Assembly: GCF_964204645.1 (NCBI RefSeq)
Contig: NC_134025.1
Location: forward strand, 16,901,101 to 16,965,100
Direction: 5' to 3'
Origin: Tubulanus polymorphus
Lineage: Eukaryota; Animalia; Nemertea
Length of the DNA: 64,000 nucleotides
Shown here: positions 53,990 to 64,000 of the stretch, piece by piece
Position numbering within the stretch: position 1 is the stretch's first letter
Layout: the number at the start of each line of letters is the position of its first letter
Notes under the pieces: generated by a model
What the model was told of the DNA's origin: nothing
What the model saw: only the letters and a program-made list of their open reading frames with translations
Databases searched by the model: none
Translations under genes and position numbers: made by a program

Positions 53990-55227
53990 CACAATACCTA
54001 ATATATGGGAGGTGTGGACCATGCAGACCAACTGAGATCATACTACAATGTTTGGAGATCTGGCCATCGCTGGTGGAAATACTTGTTCTGGGGTCTATTG
54101 AACCAGGCCCTGATAAATACATACATTCTTTGGGAGATCAATACACGACCACATACAAACAATAAACGGAAGTGGTCTCAAAACATTCAAAATGGGCATA
54201 ATCCATTCCTTTGTTGCCATGTTCACCTCAAGAAAAGTCCCAGCGTTGAATGTACCGGACGATGTGCGTGATGTCGAGGTTGTTAATCTACGCAATTTGC
54301 CCCAGGGCCACTCTCAGGTGAGATTTGTTGGACGGAATCGTGTGTGTGTTTGTTGTAGAAGAGATGGCAGGTTTACTGCTGTGGGTAGAGGTATTGAAAC
54401 TGTCTATGGTTGTTCTGGCTTTGTGGTTTGGACATGTGTCGTGAGCTGTGTTTCCATATTTGGCATCAATAATCTCCTGACCGTGCTACTGATTGCCTTT
54501 CAATGCAGATCAACTGATTTGAAGACTAGTTTACATGTTAAGTTTAGAGTTGGTGTATTCAAATTGTTTATAGTTTTTAGTGTTATTTCCAAACACATCT
54601 GCCTGTGAAACAGGGAATTTTGGTTTACTATGTAAATGTGTCAACTTTTATTGTTCGAAAGGTCAAAAGGTCAAAATTTGTTGGCCCTTCTCGGTTCGCT
54701 TCACTCAAATACATTTATTTTACGTAAACACACATTTTGTGCTGTCTTTGTTTTTTGGAATTTAAACTTTATTCTCCTGTTGTCTCTACATTTCATAGAA
54801 ATAGCAAATATCATGGAATTTGGCGATATGAACAGATCTCATCAAGGGGTCAAATGGTCACTTTTCTGTAGTCCACTTGGTCAAATTTTGCTTTATATCA
54901 AACTCTAATATGTTTGAGACTATATAACTGTAACTTCCTACATAGATATTGAAAATAGAAATGCTTGCCACAGTCCGTATTTTGGACATGCCCTTTCAGC
55001 AGGTCAGTATGAATTTTGGGAGGTCAAAAGGTCACGATTTTGTTGGCCTACCTCATCGAATCTTATGTCATATGCAAGCCCTGTTCGTGTAATACTTGTA
55101 ATACATGAAATCTGACAGGTAATCCAGTATTTTCATTCATAGAAGGAGAACTAAAAATCAGGTTTTTTCCTTCAATTTTCTGAGGAGTTATTGACACTAC
55201 ATAGTGAAATTCTTGAGTGCTAATGGG
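53990..55227 (+). mobile_element. piggyBac remnant 1 (3' part of the transposase and the right end)
   Basis: MGGVDHADQLRSYY...RWWKYLFWGLLNQALINTYIL, Cys-rich tail RVCVCC...ETVYGC, ending GGG|TTAA at 55227. The left end was not located. Confidence 0.8.
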
Positions 55228-55758
55228 TTAACCCTATAACTGCCGCTCCCGAGATAGTTGGGAGCGTAATTTCACCCCAAACTGCCGCTCCCGAAATAGT
55301 CGGGAGCTGAATGAATATCACTAGGAAGTGTCTGCACCTGGCAGATATTGATAGAACTATATCAGTAGTACAGACACAAACTTAACTTCAAGGTCGTAGA
55401 GTTTTAATGGAAAAATTTTACGCTTTTACTTAAAATTTACGCTTAGAAAATGACTTGATGTGTAATAACAAGGGTGCTTATTGTCTTATAGATAATGCTA
55501 GATCAACAAAGTGACTAAGGTTGGACCAATTCGTTGATATTTTTTATCAGAATGGTAACATATATGGACATTTGAGTGATGAAGCGTGAGATGAGAATTC
55601 ATGATTTGGTGTTGAGGATAGTAGTTCGGATTTTGGCGAGGGTGATGATTTTGACAGTAACCATGGCAACGCTAAAAATAATTTGGATGATCATGATTAT
55701 AACAGTGATGGAATTCGGCCAGCTGGTCATTATTTTTGTGGTAACATTCCCTTGTGTC

Positions 55759-58700
55759 TGTAGTGACTGTGAACTACAAGGACGAACAGCGAACAGCGAC
55801 GAGACATACGACCCAACCCGAATCCAACGAATACGTACAGCGAACGAAACCAGCGACGAACTCAAGAGACAACAAGGCAGTGTCTACAGTTACATGGTTT
55901 GGTACCGTCTAACATTTATTGTGTTCAAAGATTACAGGAAAACGATCGGAGTAATGCATTTCGATGATTGGTCGAGAGACGTCAGTACTTCATGGTTCAT
56001 GGCGAGTACACTTCAATGACTTTGTATTCCAGATAATCTGCTCGTCGTGACACTCCGGCCAGGAAAATAGGTTCTATAATTAAACTAACTACAACATTCA
56101 GAAAAGACAATATTTTTTGACAATTTTGTCCTTTGCCTCTAACGCGGCTTTACGTGTAGATGGAATTCGATCAGGAATTTCCTTTGTAGTAACAACAGAA
56201 GGTTTCAATACATTGCTTTCAATTTCCAAAGGAAATAATTTCGAAATCGGTCTATTTGTAACACCGTTCGCGGTTTTAACTGTTGCCGATCTTACGAGAC
56301 CATCAGTGCTCTTATGTAAGTGTTCAATGATACCTAGTTTCCATTTAAGTCTCGGTACATTATCATCATGTATAATTACAACTGAACCCGGTTTGGCTAT
56401 TTCTCTGTTATCTCCTGTTACTCTATGAAACTCCCGGAGATTTACCAAGTACTCCTTTTGCCAACGTAGCCAAAAGGAATCAATGAGTTTATTAATATAA
56501 GAATAACGTTTTGCTAAAGTATCTGAACCGGGAGAAAACGTTGTATCACCTTCGAGATTATCAATAGGACACAGTTTAGAAAGAGCGGTTATACGCCTCA
56601 CCAGCATCAAATGAGATGACGTTAGAGTGTCGTTTTCTTCTGGTTCAGAAGAAACATAAAGCAACGGACGGTCGTTCAGACACGACTCAATTTCGCACGC
56701 TACAGTGTATAATTCAGTATCTGATACCAACGACCTACCTAAGACTTTCTTCAAACAGGATTTCATGAGACCTATCATACGCTCCCAGAAGCCCCCGTGC
56801 CAAGGGGCCCGTTTCGTGATGAATTTCCAGTCGACGTTCCGTTGTGAAAAATGTCTGTGGATCTTCGAATCTTCGAAAATTTGCTTTAACTCCGAGTTAG
56901 CACCAATGAACGTAGAAGCGTTATCTGAAACGAGCATCCTTGGCACGGAGCGTCGGGCAACATATCTCCTAAAAGCATAGAGAAAGTCTTCAGTAGTATT
57001 ACTATTTACAATTTCTATATGTACACCGCGCGAAACAGCGCACGTAAACAAACATATGTAGCGTTTCATACCGCCTCTTACAACTAGAGGATCACAATAG
57101 TCTACCCCAACGTAACTAAATGCAGGTAATTCGTCAACTCTATACGATGGCAACGCTGGTGGATCAGGTTTTTTGAATGGCTTTGCTTGTAGTCGACGAC
57201 AAGGTACGCAACGTCGTACTTGCGATTTCACAAATTGTCGAATTTGTGGGATCCAAAATTTCTCTCTAATTTTGGCAACCGTCGTAGAAATACCAAAATG
57301 AAACACATCAAAATGAGCGTTGCGCACAATTAAATCGGCCAATCGAGAGTTCTTTGGAATCAAAATAGGAAACTTTGTTTCGTCGGGCAGGGACGTATTT
57401 TGTAACCGACCTTTTCAGCGGATGACGCCGTCACTGTCGAGAAACAACTGTAGTTGGTCAATCAATGGAATTCGGTTCCCCGATCTACCTGACAAAAAAT
57501 CTAATACACCAGAGTAATGACTACTTTGAAAATGTTTCACCCATATAAGCTGAGCGTCTGTAATCTCGGAAGCACTAAGTGGACCTTTAGTACGCTCAGT
57601 ACTTGAAGATTTCATGTTACTTACAAATCGACGCACTAACGCTGTAATTCTCAGTAATCTATACAAAAGAGCAAATGAATCAATGTTAATAACTTCAACA
57701 ACTGAAAACGTATTGTTTCCGAGTATATTATCACAATTATTTATCTCAACATTACCGACAATCACAGCGGATCTTTCAACGAGAAGTTCAACTGGTCTAC
57801 GAGACGCATTTACTAACCAATCAGGCCCGTGTAACCACAAATCACATTTCAAAACTTCTGACATATTGCCTCTCGTTAGCAAATCTGCTGGATTTGATGC
57901 TGATTGACAATAATGCCAATTTTCAACGGGTAACGTATTTCTTATTTCTTCGACTCGATTCGAAACAAATGTGGATAATTTCTTGGCCGTGTTTAGCCAA
58001 CCAAGCACTATTTGACTGTCGCACCAGGCAAATATTTTCATTGGGCGATCAATAACCCTAGACATAGAGTTCAATACATGAGTAACCAATCGTGCGCCAA
58101 TCAATGCACCCATTAGTTCGAGTTTAGGAACAGTGATTTCTTTGACTGGTGCCACCCTAGCTTTGGCTATTACTATAGACGATTCGTCTTTAAGGTAAAC
58201 CACTGCGCCATAGGCTAAAGTACTACTATCGCAGAATACGTGTAACTCTATCGGGTAATCTGTGATATATGAATTCATAATCCGAGAGAATTTAGTATTC
58301 AAACATTCGTGTATGTCATTTACGATACAATGCCATGTTTTACATAGTTCTTGAGACAATGGATCATCCCAGTCATAATTTTGTTTCCAGATTGACTGCA
58401 AAAGGATTCTAGATCGAATGGTGACTGGCAAAAGTAAACCAAGTGGATTGTGGATAGAAGCAGCCTTTTGTAGGATGATACGTTTTGTCAATTGGGAATC
58501 ACTAGACATGTCTTTGGTAACAAATGACATGAAATCACCCTCAATATGCCAGTACAGCCCGAAAACTTTAACTACGGACGATTTCTCCAAAATTTCTTGT
58601 TTTGCAGCAGACTTCCGGAGCTCTGGGGAATTAGACGACCAACATCGTAAGTTAAAGTTAACTTCGGAGAAACAATTACGTGAATCATGGAGAAATTTGA

Positions 58701-61648
58701 CGGCTTCAAATTCAGAACGAACGCTAGTGACCACATTGTCTACATAAATGTCTCTCAGAAGCTGCTGTGACAAAGGAGAATCAATATTCCGTAGATGGAA
58801 AATAATGGAACTATTCAACAAAAATGGAGAGCACGTAGCTCCAAACAAGACGCGCTTGAATCTTAACACGATAAACTCACTCTCGGGATCATTAGGATTA
58901 ACCAACCAAAAAATCTAGTAGCATCGCGACACGACGGTTTAATAGATAACTGCAGGAAAGCCTTTTCAATGTCTGCAGTAATACCGAACTTAAAAATCCG
59001 AAAACGTATCATAATTGAGCAAAGATCATTCAATAACGGAGGTCCACTCTAAGCAATCGTTTAAAGAAACTGATGACTTCGATTCTCGACAACTACAATC
59101 GAAAACTATCCGAATAGGCGTGGTTGACGATTGTCTGAAAATTGGATGGTGCGGTATATAGTGCTCGTGACTATCTACAATGGAAGGATCAGTTACAATC
59201 TCAATGAAATCTTGTGCTAATTGATCTCGAATGATTTGGCTATAACTGTCTAATAAACCTGGCGTCTTAGCTAAACGTCTAACCATGGAACGAGTCCTAG
59301 CTTTGCGAGGTTATAATTAGTTGGCAAAGTGTCGTGAATTCTTTTCCACGGCAAATCAACCATATATCGACCATCAACTAATTGAATGGATGAATTACAA
59401 AACTCATCTAGAAACGAAGTATCACGCCTTGTTGGAGACTCAATACCAATAGTCTCTAATGACCAAAAACGCTTAAGATCTGCGATATCAGGCTCAACTA
59501 TAATAGAAAGAGTATGAACATTACAATTTGCCGTGTTACGATCGTTAAACTGACCGCCGATGAGATACCCTAATTTAGATGGAACAGCAACCGGACCACT
59601 TTCAGATTTAACAAATTCATTATCAACAACAAAGCGATAATAATTATCGGAACCTATGAGTAACGATATGTCAAACGAATCCACTAAATAACTAGGTGGG
59701 TGAGCGAGTTTAAGGGTTTTGAATTCAGCTAAACAAGAAACAGAATCAGTAGAAATTCGTAGTGTTCTGGTTATCTCCGGTACAACGATAGCATCTAACG
59801 AAACAATTGAGTCATCATACTCGCAAACGACATCTACGCGAACAACATTGACTCTTCTGAAACCGGTACTTCTACCCCCAAAACCGCTTAAGTCTATAGA
59901 CTCAGTTCTATGGGTATCTACCCCTAGCTCGTCGGCTAATTTTGAGGTTATAAAACTACGGTGCGACCCGTCGTCTAACAACAAATGACCACTGACGCGA
60001 TTTCCGTTGGCCTGTACAGGTGCTATAGCAGTTTTCAGATAAACCGTTGATGGATAAGAAACTATATGATCATCAATAACTGAATGTTGACAAACCTCTG
60101 ATCCCGAATGATTATCAACGATGTGATTTGATTCTAAATTTGAATCAGAAACTGCATTTGACCCAGAAACTGTACAAGATACGTGCTGCGTAACGGCGTC
60201 CGTAAGAGACCTATCTACAATAGAATTAATATTCAAACGACTTGGAAAATTAGCCCCGTGTAAGCTGGTATGATGGCGCTTACGACAAGATCTACAGGTT
60301 GACCTTGAAGGACATGTATACATGGTATGCTGACCCATACAATTGAAACATAATTTGTTCTTCAATACGTAATCTAAACGTGACTGTGCTGTGGTGAGAA
60401 CGTCGCTCTCAACCGGAAAATGCCTATCTGAACTACAATAACGACATTTGAATTTACGAACAGTGGAGGAATTTCCATTCGCATGGTGACCAGCATTTTT
60501 CCGGTTTTGATGTACATGGAGTGTTGTCATTGTACCAAACGATGACGATCCCGGTGACGTGTCGCAAACTTCTAATATGTTTATCTCAGTCAATATAGCG
60601 GAACGGAGATCTTCCAGATTCAACTCAATGTTACCGCGCGCTCGTGCAATGTTCCGTTTTATATCTGCCGGCAATTTATTCAATAGAATTGGTACCAGAA
60701 GCGTGCCATATGAATCCGTTGATGTTTTTAAAGAGTCTAAACTGCGAATATGCATTTCAATCTTATCATAGAATTGGCGCAAAGATTTCAAATTGTAATT
60801 TGGAGAATTCAATTCAATAAGTTGATTCAAATTCGCTTCCGTTATTTTATGCGCCTGTCCGAAACGGTTTTCAAGCAGTTCTTTCGCCTTTTCATAGTTA
60901 ATACTGGTCAATGGCAAACCTTCAATAGTTTGTTTCGCCTCATTTACCAGGTGACATTTCAAGTGACTGAATTTTTCTACAGGACTTAAGTTTCTTTGCT
61001 CGTCAACCGTGGACTTAAATAGATCCCAAAAAGAACACCACTCGAGCAAATCTCCTGCAAATTTCGGTAACTGTAATTTCGGCAAAGATACACGCTTACT
61101 GTTCGTAACTGAATTTTTGTCCGCAACATTGGCAGACAACTGATTAAAAGCTAGTTCCAGAATGTTAATTTCAGTAAGACGCTCACACAGATATTCATCT
61201 CCCGTGACGATAAATTCACTCAAATCTTTTCCTCTTAATTCGCACGCGCTTATCAAGTCCTTTTCTATTTCTTCTAATTTCGAAAATTTATGTCTTAGAG
61301 TGAAAACGGTAGACATACCTTGAGCCGCGTCTTTTCCTTTCAAATGGTCATCACATTTATTTTTCCATCGCGTGAATTGACCACGTTGCACCTTCCGTAG
61401 TTCCTTCAAGCCTTCAAAGTCTGCCATATCGTGAAATTCTGGTTCCTTCCCTCTTCAAATTCTGACAAATGTATCCGGCTCGAGGGACCAAAATGTAGTG
61501 ACTGTGAACTACAAGGACGAACAGCGAACAGCGACGAGACATACGACCCAATCCGAATCCAACGAGATCGAGAGACGTCAGTACTTCATGGTTCATGGCG
61601 AGTACACTTCAATGACTTTGTATTCCAGATAATCTGCTCGTCGTGACA
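55759..61648 (-). mobile_element. BEL/Pao LTR retrotransposon, near full-length
   Basis: TG..CA LTRs at 55759-56052 and 61494-61648; 5-bp TSD GTGTC; PBS TGGTCCCTCGAGCCGGAT (tRNA-Tyr-like, 61473-61490); PPT-like GGCCGGAG next to the 3' LTR. Confidence 0.96.
56098..61427 (-). pseudogene. BEL/Pao gag-pol (DUF1759 gag, zinc knuckles, protease, RT, RNase H, integrase), disrupted
   Basis: LPKLQLPKFAGD, LCFNC..H...C, LLDDGSHRSFI, YIPHH, RIVFD, FGATCSPFLL, YVDN, FCDSS, PKLELMGA, NPADLLTRG, SDNA, APWHGGFWERM, FWLRWQKEYL; several frameshifts and stops. Confidence 0.95.
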
Positions 61649-62463
61649 GTGTCCTTATCCTTGTTTCAAAAAATGGCATGCTAAAAAGAATATGACTGAA
61701 AATTGAATGTGTGTTCAAAATCCGAGAATTTTGGTATCAGTGAAGTGACCATATTCTGGCATAAAAAAAGCAATGAAAACTGAATTACCATAGTTATCAA
61801 TATGAAATAAACTTTATTGGGTAGCAATCATTACATATAAGTGTATTAGATTGAAAATAATCATATATTTGCTTACTGTAACATGATATATGAGTTTGAA
61901 ATTTCATTTTTCGATTGGAATGGAGTTCGGCGGCCATCTTGATGACGTCATTGGTTGACCTAGTTTATACTGCATCACTTTTTTTGATGTGATTTGATAG
62001 CTTAATACATTTACTTTCTAACCATATATAGTTTGCATGAGTTAAATTCAGAAGTAAAAGCCATGGAGCTAATTGAATATATTGTATGTAATACCTACAA
62101 AAACCACTAATTATAAGTGGCAGGAGAGGGTTAATTGATTATTGGATCTTTATCGTAACACAATTATGAATGGGATTAACTTGACAAATACTAATAGCGC
62201 TAAATATTGGTTCCTTATAAAAATTTCTGATTACATATACAAGCTGTATTAGGCAAGTGAACACTGTGGCGCTAGCAGTCGGTTCTCAGGAATGATTTAA
62301 TATGGCAAGTGAATACTGTGAAGCGAGTAGTCAGTACTTAACTTACTTTTCTGATTACATATAGAATCTGTATTAAGCATTTCAAGCCACTTTCCAAGTG
62401 GGTGTGGTGTTCCTGGAACCCTAACTTAAAGTGCATTGTTTCGATTCATGGTTGTTATTGCAG

Positions 62464-62583
62464 GAAGAAATGAAAGAACTCAAAATGAAATTAAAACAGG
62501 TGACTAACGAGAATAATGGATTGTTGAAAGAACTGAAACATAATGCTGTATACGAAATAATTCATGATTCCAAGGAAGCTCCT
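62464..62583 (+). CDS. SDCCAG8: SDCCAG8-like next exon (120 bp, phase 0/0)
   Basis: TTGCAG|GAAGAA...CCT|GTAAG. EEMKELKMKLKQVTNENNGLLKELK continues the match to EELSGMKNKIQVVVLENEGLQQQLK. Confidence 0.75.
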
Positions 62584-63516
62584 GTAAGTTTTTGTGCTTA
62601 GTTTCTCTTTAGAACTTTTAAAACATTCAATGCAGTAATAAAAGCTCTAACCCTATTGAATTTCATTGGAATCTGTTGCTTATTTATCAATATAGTTATT
62701 TATTTGTTGTTGGAACTACATTTCGTTTCGGAAGAACACATACCCTTTTACGTATATTCATGCTTCACACGTGCCTGACACATACTCGCTGCTCTGTGGT
62801 GTATTGATCCGTGCATGTATATGAAAAGCGCGTCTCGCGTCTGGCCTAGTTAAAGTTTTCTTTCAATTTACAAAAAATAAAATGCCTTCGTACATAGTGT
62901 ATAGAAATTGTCACACCATGAACGTGTCTATTTGAGTCAATGGGGAAAACCCATTACCATGTATATTCATGATGAATCGGCATGCTGTTGTTTGTGATGC
63001 AGATCCATTCAATAGACATATGTTCATGAAAACTTCTGGATGCAATCAAGGGGGACATCTTAGGCTTTTTTGATTACTTGGGGCACAGATTCTCTGAAAT
63101 TCTGCCAAAAACTTATAGGTATGCGGTAGGATAGGTATGCGTTTCCATTCATAATTTGAAAAAGGACATTTTTTTTCTTGATATTTTCCGTCCTTATTTT
63201 CAATCTAATTGTCTTTAAAAGTCAGTCTTCTCCCATCATTTGAATTCAATTCAATAGTTTTCACTATTTTTCATTTGTTCTGCTTATAATCTTTAATCTA
63301 GACAACCAATGTTTAATTTTGATGCTGATTAAACATACTGATTAAACATGTAAATTTAGGAAAGTCCACATTAAGAATTTTGTTTCTTTTTACTTATTTC
63401 TTTAGACAAATAATTCATTTTTGGACAATGAGGAATTCAGACAAGTTCTGGTCTCCCCGACTTTTACTGAAAAACAAGCCACTATGTCCAGATGGAAAAG
63501 AGAACTGGTAAATCTA

Positions 63517-63880
63517 CTTTTTAAGCCCACTTGGGACTTAAGTCTTAGCGGGCTATTGCTTTTACTTTGCTTGCACTTTACATTGCGTGCACTTTTCATC
63601 TATCGTCTGTCTTCGTGTTCGTTTGTCCGTAGACCGAAATCCATTTATTTTGGGAACAAAGATATTGTTTGTTGAAATTTATAGCTCCGCTGTGACCGTA
63701 GTCTGTCTGTTTGTTTGTTCGTGTGTCTATTAACTTTTTTAGCCCGAAGGTCAGCGTAGCTAATGGGTTAGGGGGTGAGCCGTTGTCGTCCGTTCGTTCG
63801 TTCAACTTTTTCTTCAAATCGCTACTAGTCCTACAGTTTTAATCAGATCAATTCCAAATTTCACTAAACGATTCACTACA
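63517..63880 (+). mobile_element. Cluster of HINE-like non-autonomous repeat heads
   Basis: TTTTTAAGCCCACTTGGGACTT (same family as 33326) and TTTTTAGCCCGAAGG, followed by (CGTT)n / (GTTT)n. Confidence 0.45.
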
Positions 63881-64000
63881 ATTGACACAAACAAAAAAAA
63901 TACAATAGATCTCAGTACTGAACATTTCTAAATAATCCTCTAAATACGAAAAAGAGTACAGATTTACACTCACCGAGTTTATGGACATTATGTTAATTCA

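Larger units (their letters stand above)
55232..62130 (+). mobile_element. piggyBac remnant 2, internally deleted and interrupted by the BEL/Pao element
   Basis: TTAA|CCCTATAACTGCC ... GGCAGGAGAGGG|TTAA. An acidic N-terminus is joined to a Cys-rich end (CGNIPLC|PYPCFKKWH) once the LTR element is removed. Confidence 0.75.

Noticed and set aside
55576-56019. 147-aa plus-strand ORF and the other short antisense ORFs over TEs
   Set aside because: This ORF spans the piggyBac/LTR junction. The others are shadow frames of transposon genes.

Overview
AT-rich animal (invertebrate-like) genomic DNA, mostly nested transposable elements, with the 5' part of one host gene: an SDCCAG8-like ciliary gene on +, preceded by a perfect RFX X-box. 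From left to right: (1) a ~13.5 kb decayed Polinton/adintovirus-like element (359-13913) with a protein-primed PolB pseudogene, palindromic hairpin ends, an internal inversion, a 2.4 kb solo LTR and a 5 kb 24-bp satellite; (2) a Penelope element with a hammerhead ribozyme; (3) two nested APE-RT LINEs, the inner one full-length with an ORF1 that begins with a DnaJ (HPD) domain followed by PHD and SGNH domains; (4) a hAT-like element; (5) a Mutator element containing an ISL2EU element (THAP-DDE transposase plus SAP-SWIM-YqaJ nuclease); (6) in the SDCCAG8 intron, two adjacent piggyBac remnants, one interrupted by a BEL/Pao LTR retrotransposon. The most unusual observations are the J-domain LINE ORF1, the hairpin-ended PolB element and recurring TA>TAGGCCTA footprints. 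All calls come from reading motifs by eye; no searches were run.
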